Shown: positions 24,399 to 38,365 of the stretch, in pieces | Layout: each line of letters begins with the position of its first letter | Position numbering within the stretch: the first letter of the stretch is position 1 | Origin: Octopus sinensis | Lineage: Eukaryota | Reading direction: 5' to 3' | Assembly: GCF_006345805.1 (NCBI RefSeq) | Contig: NC_043003.1 | Location: 106,392,001-106,456,000 of the forward strand | Length of the DNA: 64,000 bases | Made by a program: the position numbers and the translations under genes | The notes under the pieces: generated by a model | Told to the model about the DNA's origin: nothing | The model's input: only the letters and a program-made list of their open reading frames with translations | Databases searched by the model: none

Positions 24399-27300
24399 TT
24401 GTGTGTCTGTGTTTGTCCCCCTAGCATTGCTTGACAACAGATGCTGGTGTGTTGACGTCCCCGTCACTTAGCGGTTCGGTAAAAGAGACCGATAGAATAA
24501 GTACTGGGCTTACAAAGAATAAGTCCCGGGGTCGATTTGCTCGACTAAAGGCGGTGCTCCAGCATGGCCGCAGTCAAATGACTGAAACAAGTAAAAGAGT
24601 AAAAGAGTATATATATATATGATGGGCTTCTTTCAGTTTCCGTTTACCAAATCCACTCAGAAGGCTGTGGTCGGCCTGAGGCTATAGAAGAAGACATTTG
24701 CCCAAGATGCCATACAGTGGGACTGAACCTGGAACCATTGTTGTTGGTCAGCAAGCTACTTTATTTCATTTAATTTGCCACAAGGGCAACACACAGAGTA
24801 GCTACAGGCTGGACAAAGACATTAATGGATGATGGTGGTGGTGGATGAAGATGGTGATGGGAGAAGTCAAAAAGCGCCCGCCGACTCTCGCTTCTCTAAA
24901 ACAATGTTCTTTTTTTTTTTTCCAATAATTTTACAAAATTTCCAAAATATTACAAAAATTCAAAAATTTCACAAAAATTCCAAATTTTACAATTTACAAT
25001 TTCAAAAGTTTTTCCAGAGGCAATAAACCTCTATCACAATATAACACAAATACAGGTTCACATTACCCGACCGATGAACGCTCTTGCTTTAATGACGCAA
25101 TCGTTCTTCGTCAGGCCCCCGCATATAGGTATAACTTGCAAGAGATCCTCCGGGAAAGAATTCTTGATCCTGCACATATCATTTTCGAGTAGGACCTCCG
25201 CAGCCAGCTGCGAAGGCCACTCAGGATACTCCATGCAGGACCGAAATCCCTCCCATTGGTTTCTCTTCCTCATCTTACCTATTTCATTCTCTAATGTACC
25301 TCCTTTGTAGAAGAGGACTACATAATATTTCTCCAGCCCCACAACCGCCGGAGGACACATGGGAGACACCGTCTGCGTGTTACAATCCGCTGGCGGCATC
25401 CCGTTTCTCTTCTTTCTTTTTTTCTTTTTACTCTGGAGGTTGAGGTTCCGGCGTTGCACACGCCAGGTCCACTCTTTCTCCCGTAGCTTCCGGGTCTTTT
25501 AGTGGGTCACCATTGTTTCCCACTTTTCGTTTTCTCGTTGAGCAAGTCACCACTTCCTCATTCTGTTTCTCTCCCTCCATTGGTGGGGCAGGGAGAGGCT
25601 CTGATATCAACTTCTCCAGGATCCTACTCTGGTCCCTGGGGCAGTTCTTCTTAATGTGGCCGGTCTCCAAACACAGGTGACACTTGGGGGGGGGGGCGTC
25701 CCTCAAGCATCACCGGATACTTGGACCCGGCCATCCTCAAAAAGTCCGTCAAAACCAGACTCTTGGCTGACTGGGTCCATAGAGTCAAAGTAGCCTTTGA
25801 CCCCTCCCAATCAGCCGCAGGCTGCATTCTTACGTTCAGGATCTTGGCGCTACCACCACTCAGACCCCGGCGGATAGAATCTTCCACCCACTCGGGCTCA
25901 AAGCCGGGTGGCAGGCCGCAGACCCATAATCTTATTAATTTTTCTCCTTGTAGCTTGGGAGAAACAAAATCTCTTCGCCTTCAATGGGCTTGCTTGCGAA
26001 ATTGCAAGCTGCTTTAGGGGAGTCAAACAGCAACCAAATCATTGCGTATTTGGCTCCCCGTTGAATGTATTTAACGGCTGGCATATAGTCTGCCAGCTCG
26101 TTAATAATAGTGGCTTTCGGAAAAACCATTATGGTATTAAGTGACTTTGAATAAGTCCTCAACACCACGGTTTTGTCCTCCAGCTCCTTCAGATAACCCT
26201 TCGGAGGTGTCAACTCCCATATGGTTAACTCCTTTGCCATAACAAAAGTCCAATAAGAAAAAAACACAATGACAGAACAGAAAGACAGAGCAGAGAAAAG
26301 GACGAAGGAAGACAGTTCAAATAATGGCAGCACAGTTCTGCAACTGGTAATCCTCACGAAACAGGGTACTCCAGTTGCAGCACACTTGGTTCTCCGTGGT
26401 AAATCCAAGCACAATTGGTTCTCCGTGGTAAATCCAAGCGAACAAATTAATTTTTGAGGAGGGGCTATGCCTCTCAAAACACACAATTCTCACTAAAAGG
26501 TGAGACAATAAATATGCCAACAGGCAGAACAAATACATCCGAAGCAAAGTGAAGCTTATTACGCGCAGAAAAGTGTTAACATTAATTAACATTAATGCCA
26601 AAAAAGTATTAACGGCAAGCAATAAACCTCACTATGCCTCCAAAAATATCCAAAATGTCCTACCTGTTGCCATAAAATGTTCAATAATTCACGTTAACAC
26701 GTGACATTTGCCGAAGCGAAAAAAAAAACTACTTACCACACAGTCACTCCTGAGGGTTTGCAAATCCAACGGAGACCTCAAAAGACATGTTAAGATCCAC
26801 ATAGAGCAGAACTTATCTGCAGGTATTGGTGGTCCAAATCAGAGGTGCAATCTTATGTGGGTGTCTTTTCAGAACATTGTCTGGTTTAAAAAGCCACATC
26901 AGACGCCATGATGGTGCTAAGGTGTAGGCCCAGGAGGTGGTTAAACTCTGCGTAAGGAGTAGACAACCACCATATATGTATGTATGTATGTATGTACGTA
27001 TGTATGTATGTATGTATGTATGTATGTATGTATGGATGGATGGATGGATGGATGGATGGATGTATGTATGTATGTATGGATGGATGGATGGATGGATGGA
27101 TGTATGTATGTATGTATGGATGGATGGATGTATGTGTGTGTGTATGTATGTATGTATGTATCGTGGTTTCGATTCCCAGACCGGGCGTTGTGAGTGTTTA
27201 TTGAGCGAAAACACCTAAAGCTCCACGAGGCTCCGGCAGGGATGGTGGTGATCCCTGCTGTACTCTTTCACCACAACTTTCTCTCACTCTTACTTCCTGT

Positions 27301-28425
27301 TTCTGTTGTACCTGTATTTCAAAGGGCCGGCCTTGTCACTCTCTGTGTCATGCTGAATATCCCCGAGAACTACGTTAAGGGTACACGTGTCTGTGGAGTG
27401 CTCAGCCACTTACATGTTAATTTCACGAGCAGGCTGTTCTGTTGATCGGATCAACCGGAACCCTCGTCGTCGTAACCGACGGAGTGCTTCCATGTATGTA
27501 TGTATGTATGTATGTATGTATGTATGTATGTATGTATGTATGTATGCATGCATGCATGTATGTATGTGTGTGTGTATGTATGTATGTATGTATGAATTAT
27601 GTATGTTTGTATGGATGTATGTATGTATGTATGGATGTATGTATGTGTGTATGTATGTATGTATGAATGTATGTATGTATATGTGTATGAATGTATGTAT
27701 GTATGTATGGATGTATGTATGAATTATGTATGTATGTATGTATGATGTATGTATGTATGTATGTATGTATGCATGTATGGATGTATGTGTGTATGTATGT
27801 ATGAATATATGTATATGTGTATGAATGTATGGATGTATGTATGGATGTATGTATGGATGTATGTGTGTGTGTATGTATGTATGTATGTATGAATTATGTA
27901 TGTTTGTATGGATGTATGTATGTATGTATGGATGTATGTATGTGTGTATGTATGTATGTATGAATGTATGTATGTATATGTGTATGAATGTATGTATGTA
28001 TGTATGGATGTATGTATGAATATGTATGTATGTATGTATGATGTATGTATGTATGTATGTATGTATGCATGTATGGATGTATGTGTGTATGTATGTATGA
28101 ATATATGTATATGTGTATGAATGTATGGATGTATGTATGGATGTATGTATGGATGTATGTGTGTGTGTATGTATGTATGTATGTATGTCTCCACTATTCT
28201 AAGGAGACTCGTAGGGTTAGGGTTGTTGGGAAGGTCCTAGTTCCCCAGGCGTCTTTTCTATAGGGTCCTGTCATTACAGCTTCCAGCTGGATTCCCAAGC
28301 ATGACCCAACTGACACAAATGGATAATATCCAAACATCTTGTTCTTGGTCTGCCCTTAGGTCTTCTGTCTGTTGAATTCTAGACATCATTTAAATGCTGA
28401 AGGAACTTCTGAAACAATGTGTCAG

Positions 28426-28460
<35 letters not shown>

Positions 28461-30525
28461 TCAAACCCATGCAAGTATGGAACAACAGACTGACTATAAT
28501 AATGATACAACAATGATGCTGTCGTTGAATGATTACCTGTCAGTACTCCAATCAGTTAAGATCAAAAGCCATGAGAGCCACTGCCTGGTATTGCATCGTC
28601 GTTGTCATCGGCATCGTCGTTGTCATCGGCATCGTTGTTGTTCTTTCTCTGATTAGTTCTCTCCTCCAGAATTTCAGGCCTTAGGAGGAATTACAACCGT
28701 GTTTCGTGGTCTGCTACCACAACAGCTCCTTTATAGGATCCAGTTAGCTCAAGACATCATCAGGAGGAACCACGTCCGGTTTCAGCCCCAACTCCTCTAC
28801 CGTTTTGATGTGCCCCCCCCCCCTTTCAGAGATGTCTTCAGCTCTGATGTTGGGTACATGTCTTCTTTCTTCTGTTCCCTGGCCTCTTCGATGTATCGTC
28901 AGCGAGTGTCAGCTGGTGACTGACTGACTTGTCAAATTTTTCCCTCTAAATACCTGCCGCAGACTCCAGCAGGCAGCCCAAGCAAGTTGTCACGTGACAC
29001 TGTCTCACCTTAACTGACAAGTGAAGGCGTGTAGGTTTAGCCTGCACATTCTCTAAACAACCGTCACCTGTCAGTCAGCGAAGCTGATTCAGTGTCAGCT
29101 TGTCTCACCTAATGATGTTATTTCCCGCCGGCATGTTAGGATTGATATTATTATAATTATTATTAGTTAATGGAAACGATTGTTACTTTTCCATTAAGTT
29201 TTGGTAGTCATTCAATGACAGTATCCAATCGGTTAAGTATCAATACCCATCTACCAGCATGGCTCAAAAAGATTGGTACAAAAATCAACATTGCTTGGAA
29301 CTGCAAGAGTTCTTCACAGGGTTCTTGAAGCACGACCAGTAAAGAAATGCCACCTTAGTTTGCTGGCTGTGAACAGCTGACACTTTCCATCATATCTAGC
29401 AAAATAAGCTGAGAATTTCCATCAACTAATAATAATTATAATAATATTAATCCTTTCTACTACAGGTTCAATGCCTGAAATTCTGGAGGAGAGGACTAAT
29501 CAATTATATTGACCCCCAGGAAGCATGAAAGACAAAGTTGACCTTGGCCATATTTGATCTCAGAATACACAAAGCTGGAAAAAATGCTGCTAAGCATAAT
29601 AATGATAATTATAGTAATAATAATAATAATAATGCAATATCAGGCAGTGGTGGCTCTCATGGCTTCTCATCTTAACTGATTGGAAGTGTTATCATGTACA
29701 TTGTTTTGTCTTGGTATAAAAGATAGGCTACAGTAAATATTCTGCTCAATACCACAGATTTGCTTGTCAGTTGTTTGACCGTAACCAGTTGAGCATGTCC
29801 CTTAGTGGCTGACGATATGTGCATCTCTGATCACGAGCAGAAGTAGTGGGGGAGCATCATAGCCATGTGTTGAGAGGAATCCTTAGGGGTTTGGATAATT
29901 CACCTCTGAAAACATGGGTGTTTCATTCAACATCCTTAAACAACCCTTATTCAGGGACCTTTTGAGCGGGATGGGCTACATGACCAGAAGAAAATTCTAA
30001 CTGGGCCCCACCTGCAAGGTCATGTGCTGTTTATCTTGATACATATGGCTGTGATGCATGTACTCAACTGATCCTTATTTTATCGACCCCAAAAGGATGA
30101 AAGGTAAAGGTCACCTTTGGAATTTTAACTCAAAATGTAAAGATGGATGAAAGGCGAGCTGGTAGAATCATTAGTAAGATAAAATTAGTACCAGTTATGC
30201 ACTGGAGTCAATTAAATCGATTACCTCCTCCCCCCAAATTTCAGGCTATGTGCCTGTAGCAGAAAGGATTATTAATAAGGTTGCGAGCTGGCTGAATTGT
30301 TAGCATGTTGGGTGAAATGCTTAATGGTATTTCATCTGTCTTTATGTTCTGAGTTCAAATTCTGCTGTGGTCGACTTTTCCTTTCATCCTTTCGGGGTCA
30401 ATAAATTAAGTATTAGTGAAACTGGGGTCAGTGTAATCAACTATCCTTGTCCCCCAAAATTTCAAGCCTTGTGCCTATAGTAGAAAAGATTATTATTATT
30501 ATTAGTAGTAGTAGTATTAGTAGTG

Positions 30526-30567
<42 letters not shown>

Positions 30568-32804
30568 TAGTAGTAGTAGTAGTAGTAGTGAATACAGAAA
30601 TACCAAGAGCTATGAGAAATGATAACATTGATGTTGGTGTTTTTGCAAAACAAGATAAAAAGAAATATAAACACAATATTACCATAAATTTGCAAATCTA
30701 ACCATTTATCCTTTGAATAAAATTTTACTCATTACTTTCCAAAATGTAAACCTACAAGTTCAGTCCTAAACTATTTGGTTTTTGTAATATTTTCAGATTT
30801 CAAAGCCCACTTCATTGGAGATGTCATTCTTCCAGATCAAGCCAAAGTGGAGGTGAAAAAGGCCGAAAGATCCAATTTAACTTTTGATGAAGTGATGGCT
30901 CGCATTAGACATGTCGTTTTTGTAAACAGACTTCAGGTGAGAAACAGAGAAGGGTTTTTTGCCTAATGATAGAAAATCTATGTTAATCATGATGGATTTG
31001 CAGGTCCTCCCAAATTGGGGATTGATGAGTTGGGCCTCACAGAGGTAAAGTGGCTGAGTTTCTCTTGAGTGTTGGGCCTCATGGAGGCAATGACCAAGAC
31101 CTTTGGGATTATGTTGTGCTTGAGAAGAAGACCCATCAAGCTAAGCAAAATTGCAGTTGTGGCAGATACTGGTGTCATGTAAATTGCACCTGTGGTACGT
31201 AAAAGCATCTATTACACTCGCAGAGTGGTTGGTGTTAGGAAGGGCATCCAGATGTAGAAGGCCATACCAAATCATACTCGAGTCTGGTGCAGCCTTCCAG
31301 TTTACCAGCCTTGGTCAAACTGTCCAACCCATGCCAGCATGGACAATGGACGTTAAATGATGATGATGATGATGATGCAGCAGTTGATGTGCATTTGACC
31401 CATCTGTAGATCAATCTCTAATGAAGTTAGGGCATTCGGCTCATGACCAATGGGGTCAGGAGTTCAATTGCTGGTGTTGTGTCCTTGAGCAAGACACTTT
31501 ATTTCACATTGCTCCAGTCCACTCAGCTGGCAAAAAGGAGTTGTACCTGTAACACAAAAGGGGCCAGCCTTGTCGCATTCTTTGTCATGCTGAATCTCCC
31601 TGAGAACTACATTAAGGGTACACGTGTCTGTGGAATACTCAGCCATTTGCACGTTAATTTCATGAGCAGGCTGTTCTGTTGATCAGATCAACTGGAACCC
31701 TTGTTGTCGTAACCGATTCAGTGCCAGGTCAATCCCTATAATAAAAAGTAGATGGGGTGGGAATTGCAGAGGGTTGCAGTTTACCATTCCGTGACTTGCT
31801 ATTTTCCGTGACCAAAGTATAAAATAATGTATATTTAGGTTGGTCAGAATTTTGAAGATTACGATCCTCTTAAGTCTGGTTCAATTACCAAAGCTCAGTT
31901 TCGACGTGGTTTGTCATCTCTTGGATTCAGTAAGATAGGTTTCCACGACATGACCAATGACCAGTTTGACTTGCTCTGTGATCACTACCAAGACCCTCAT
32001 CATAAGGACAAAATTATTTGGACAAATTTCAACAATGATATCAACCTAGGTAAGTAATTTTCATAATTCCAGTTTAATACGTTTTTCTTTTTTTTTTTCT
32101 TGCTTCAGTCATTGGACTGCAGCCCATGCTGGAGCATTGCCTTGAGTAGTTTGCTCAAACAAATTGACCTTAATACTTATTTTTAAAGTCTGGTACTTAT
32201 TTATTGATCTTTTATACTAAGCTGCTGAGTTATGGAGATGTAAATAAACCAACACTGGTTTCAAGCAGTATGAGGGGGACAAACATAAACACAAAGACAC
32301 ACGTATAGTAGGCTTCCTCACAGTTTCCATTTGCCAAACTCACTCACAAGGCTTTGGTTAGCCTAGATCTATTATAGAAGACACTTACCCCAGATATCAC
32401 ACTGGGATTGAACCCAAAGCCACATGCTTGCCAAGCAAGTCTCTTAACCCCTCAGCTACACCCCTGCCTGACTTTTTGTTATTTTAATGTCTTGAACTTG
32501 TTTATTCTTTTATATTTGGGTTCTGTTTACTTTTTTTTTTTGTTATATACTAGAATTGCTTAGGTGTGTGAACCCCATGGTGATGAGTTCAAACCTTGCT
32601 GTAAACAATGTCTTTTGCCTGGGAAAATAACCCTGTTTTGCCCCAGTATTTATTCTGGGTCACAGTTTTAATTGGTTAGTGATAGGAAAGGGCTGTAGTT
32701 GTAAAAACATTAGCCTCATCAGTATGCCGTTATGCAAATTCATGGAAAGTATTTCACCTCACCTCCATACTTGTATGGAGAATCAATTTGAAGCAACAAT
32801 AACA

Positions 32805-32836
<32 letters not shown>

Positions 32837-35823
32837 TACCCTGATGCAGTACCAGGCAGTGGCTCTCATGGCTTCTCATCTTTAGTGATTGGGAGTGTTA
32901 TCATATACATTGTTTTGTCTTGGTATAAAAGCTGGGCTACAACAAATATTCTGCTCAATACCACAGATTTGCTTGACAGTTGTTTGATCTTAACCTGTTA
33001 ACCATGTCCCTTAGTGGCTGACGATATGTGCATCTCTGATCATGAGCAGAAGCACTGGGGGAGCATCATAGCCATGTGTTGAGAGGAATTCTTTGGGGTT
33101 TGGATAATTCACCCCTGGAAATATAGGTGTTTCGTTCAACATCCTTAAATAACCCTTATTCAGGGACCTTTTGAGCGGGATGGGCTACTCGACCAGAAGA
33201 AAAATTTAACTGGCCCCATCTACAAGGTCATATGCTGTTTATCTTGATATGAGATCACCATGTCATGCCTATATGGTTGTGAAATATGTGCCTGGTGTAC
33301 CCTTATTTGATGGTTAGTTGTGATGGGTATATTGGACTTTGTATATCTGTATCTCAGTGTCATTTTGATGGTATGCATTGCCCTCTCACTCAATAATAAT
33401 AATAATAATAATAATAACAAGAGCACTCAGAGAGTGCAAACCTCTGCCAAGGCAACACTAACATCCTCTCAAGAATTAGCGAGAGATGATTTTTAAAATG
33501 AGAATATCTGAAATAAACCCAACTGCTTTCACAAACGAGAATACTAAAAATGAACCCGACCACTCTCAAAAATTAAGTAAAAAAAAAATGGAAAAATAAT
33601 CAAGAATCTTTGTCTAGTTCTGGATCAATCCCAAAATCTAATCAGTTCGTGTCAGTTATGAGGCCAAACATCCCTGAAAGTTTCACCTGAATCCATCCAG
33701 CGGTTCTTGAGATATTTTGTCCATGGTCAAATAAACAAACAAACAAACACAACTGAAAACAATACCTCTGCCTTCGCTAAGGCAGAGGTAATAGTAATAA
33801 TAACAACCAAAGGTGTCTGGGTTCAATCTGAGCTGATCTGGCATTAAACAACTTCTTCCACCCAACTGTTTTCATCTAGCCAAGATCATTCCCATTATCC
33901 CTGTTTCTTTTAATAGAAAAATTGATATTTCTTTGCAGTATTTACCAAGTCCAACTTAGAGAAAACTCCAACGGAAGAAATACCACCTTCTGAAGTGTAT
34001 CTCATCCCCAAGTCAGGCACTGCTGACTGGAGCAAGGCATCAGATGAGCAAAAAGCAGTGTTTGAAGCTGGAATGAAGAAGTTAAGAAAATGTGTAAAAG
34101 AAAAACGGATGCTTATTGAACCTTGCTTTCGGGATTTTGATCAGTAAGTTCCAAATATTTTCTCTTATATTCTTCTCATGCTTTATCACCTAAATCGATA
34201 TATCAATACATGTATGCTTGCACAGCGATATAGTTTTCAGTGAGTTACAAACATTTCATTCAAATAACTGACATGCTTACGTTACCCGAGTGTCAAGCAT
34301 GGCCTCCAAATTTTGGGCCTCACAGAAGCAATGACGAAAGGCCGAGACCTTTGGAGATATATTGTGATTGAGAAGACCCGGCAAGTAAAGTGAGATCACA
34401 GCCTATACCAGTGTCGTATAACCAGCCCATTTAAAAAGTATCTTTGAATCGTTGGGCGATACACCGTGCTTGAGGAGACCTATTGAGTCAAGTAAAATCA
34501 AAAATCAAATCACAATCAAAAATGGAAATTGTAGTTGTGGCTGATGCTAGTGCCACCTGACTGGCTCTTGTCCCGGTGGCACATAATAAGCACCATTCAT
34601 GCATGGGTTGTTGCTAGTGCCAGTAGCAAGTAAAAAGCACCATCCGAACATGATCAATGCCAGCATGGAAAGTGGACATTAAATGACGATGATGATGATA
34701 TCAGGATGGAATTTGGGATTAAAAAGTGTGATATGCTTATCATATAAAACGGCAGAGTAGTGTCATGTGATGGTGTGGAACTATTCAATGGAGACAAAAT
34801 CAAGGACATCGAGATAGATGGGTGTAAGTATCTAGGTATTTTGGAGTCTGACAAAATCAAGGAGAGTGAGATGAAGGAAAGCTTTAGGTGAGAATACCTG
34901 AGAAGAACCAAATTAATTATGGAAAGAACAAGATCAGGGCAATGAATACATGATCCATTTCCTTAATGCGATACGGCACAGATGTTTTTATGTGGATAAA
35001 GAAAGAAATTGAAGAAATGGACAGAAAAAAAAACCCAGGTAAGTGATGAAAATAAACAAGAGCTTGCACCCTAAAAGCAATATCGATAAACTGTGTGTGC
35101 CTAGGGGCGAGGGAGAAAGGAGCCTCACAGGATGGAAGATCTGTGTTGTGAATGAGGGAAACAGTCTGGGATGGTTCGTGAGGCAGCAGATTGGACCGTT
35201 GTTTGTTGCTCTTAGAAACAACAACACAATACCTTGTCAAAATGTGACATACATACATGCTCTGAGAACTAATTACACCAAGTTCTAAATAGATAAGAAT
35301 AGCAAATTGCCCCTTTGCAGGATGTGTGGCAGCGAAACTGAAACAGTCTCACATATTATGAGTGGGTGTAGCAAACTGGCTGAAAAGGAATACAAAAAGA
35401 GGCACTATAATGTGGGTAAGTTTGTTCACAGGAGATTGTGTGAAAGGTATGATCTTGAAGGAGAAGAAATGGTATGGGAATTAACCTGAAGGCATCACTG
35501 AGGATAATGAGTATAAGATGTTATGGAATTTTACAATCCAATATGACTTGGGGATTGATGTTCAGAGACCAGATATTTTGGTTAGTGGATAAAAGGAAGA
35601 AGGAAAGCAGATCATAGATGTAGCCATATCTGGGAAAACATGAGTGGGTGGGAAAGAGCTGGGAAAGACCGGAAAAGTACAAGCTGCTAAAAAAGATGAA
35701 ATTGCACGAATGGGGGAAATGAAGAGAGTAACATTAATCTTGGTAGTTGTCAGGGCACCGGGGACACTAACATCCAGGTTTGAGAAATATGTTGGAGAAA
35801 CTGGAATTGATATGAACATAGGA

Positions 35824-35856
<33 letters not shown>

Positions 35857-38326
35857 TTAACGTCCGGTTTCCATGTTAGCATAGGTTGGATGGTTCGACT
35901 GGGGTCTGGTAAGCTGTGGAGGCTGCATCAGGCTCTAGTCTGATTTGGCAGAGTTTCTACAGCTGGATGCCCTTCCTAATGCCAACCACTCCGTGAGTGT
36001 AGTGGGTATTTTTTACGTGCCACCAACACAGGGGCCAGAGCAGGCTGGCAAATTGCCACGATCGGTTGGTGCTTTTACGTGTCACCAACACGGATACCAG
36101 TCAGGCGGATCTGGCGTCTGCCACGTTCAGAAGGTGCTTTTTATGTGTCTCCGGCACGGGTGACTTAACTGCAATTTCCATTTGATTTTTATTTCGATGT
36201 TGACGTACTTGACTCAACAGGTCTTCTCAAGAACAGCGGGTCACTCTACAATCCAAGGTTAGCACAGCAGGCCGTCCTGCGAGCCATGAACTCACTTCAT
36301 TTGTCAGGTCTGCTCAAAAAACTGCTCTAAAGGAGTTTGAGATTTGTACTTGGGTGTTAAGTATAGTGGAAAGAGATCTTGTGAGACCTTTGACAACAGG
36401 TTGCTGTCTGCTCTCATGGAATTAACCGAAGCAAGGAAAATTAAGAGCTCTGAGAAGTAAAATGGAAATATCTTGCGGAAAAAAATATATATCTCCTGGA
36501 CTTACAAATACTCTTTACTCTTTTACTCTTTTACTTGTTTCAGTCATTTGACTGCGGCCATGCTGGAGCACCGCCTTTAGTCGAGCAAATCGACCCCGGG
36601 ACTTATTCTTTGTAAGCCCAGTACTTATTCTATTGGTCTCTTTTGCCGAACTGCTAAGTGACGGGGATGTAAGCACACAAGCATCGGTTATCAAGCAATG
36701 CTAGAGGGACAAACACAGACACACAAACACATACACATACATACATATATATATATATATACATATATACGACAGGCTTCTTTCAGTTTCCGTCTACCAA
36801 ATCCACTCACAAGGCATTGGTCAGCCCGGGGCTATAGCAGAAGACACTTGCCCAAGATGCCATGCAGTGGGACTGAACCCGGAACCATGTGGTTGGTTAG
36901 CAAGCTACTTACCACACAGCCACTCTAACCTACAGAAAACAGTATTGCAAGGCACCACACACATCCTGCACTTTTGGTGCAGTAAAAATAACAACAAAAC
37001 AAACCCAAGGACCATAGAGCCGCGCTTAACTGTGCAGCAAAAGCATGCAATAGAAATAAGACTACAGAGTAATAACAACAACAACAACAACGACAACAAC
37101 AAGTAACAATATGGTATTATTTAGGAGAGATTAGTTTCCACTGTTTCGTGATGTGAACCAATTTGGTGTGGAGATTAAAAGAATACAAATATTTCCTTGT
37201 GATTTTAATCACCATAGCTAAACAGGTCTTGTATTAATTCTTTGTTTCTGGTTCCATGTTACTAAAAGAGATTAATAAAGATAAAAGCAGAACAGAGAAA
37301 ATGGAACTGGAGAGAATTCTGACTCAGAGAAAATAAAAATAAATGTTAATGCTTGTTTATTTATTCTGTAATTTCTGAGATTTATCAGAAGTCTACTGTG
37401 GAATCAGACTTAGAGTGCATTGTGTGTGTGTGTGAGAGAGAGAAGATGAGAGGGGAAAGATAGCGAGAGATTATATAAACTCACAGGAATCATCATCATC
37501 GTCCACTTTTTCATTCTTGTATGGGGGAGACAGAATTTGTTGAGACAGACTTTCTATGGCTAGGTGCCTTTCCTGTATCAACCCTCACATATTTTCAAGC
37601 AAGGTGAGTTAGACATATTTTTCACAAATGACTGAAAATATAGAAATATTAATAGTTCTAAGTCTCTCTAAAGGAGACTACGGCAGCGGTACAGGATTTT
37701 AATAGTTATCACCAAGCTAATATGGCAGTCCAAAAATATAGGACAAAAGCTGCCGTTGATTAGCTCCAACAGGCCATTGGCTCTAGCTAGCTATATGACA
37801 CATGAACCTGTGTCCATTATAACCTTCGAACAGGGGAGGACAGCAACTTCTCCTTGCTGGTCAGGCATCTGCAGACATGTTTCAGGGTATTTGCCCTTTA
37901 TCAATGCAGAGTAGCCAGACTCAGCAGGCACCACTGCTGACCGTCTGTTTGAAGGATTATTGAAAATATATATATACATATAAATATAAATATGAAAAAT
38001 CAATGAAAATGCATATTGCAGATAGAAAAAGGCTATTTATGACAGGTAACGACAAATATATACATTTAGATTGACTGAGGTAGTAATACGAGTCATAAAG
38101 GTCATTATTATGAGATGATAATAAAGTAAGAGAACATCTTATAATCATCTCATAATAATGACCTTTATGACTCGTATTACTACCTCAGTCAATCTAAATG
38201 TATATATTTGTCGTTACCTGTCATAAATAGCCTTTTTCTATTTGCAATATGCATTTTCGTTGATTTTTCCTATTTTACCCTTACATTTCCACGTGTATTT
38301 TATATTTTCTTTTCGTTACATATTTC

Positions 38327-38365
<39 letters not shown>

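Noticed and set aside
26813-28263. Long HTYI / MYVC / VCVC ORFs (also at 42835-43749 and 44845-45702)
   Set aside because: Translations of TATG/TG microsatellites.
28685-28770. Minus-strand CUGAUGA...CGAAAC...GUU hammerhead-like words
   Set aside because: Stem I cannot be formed and stem II is broken; at best a decayed relic.
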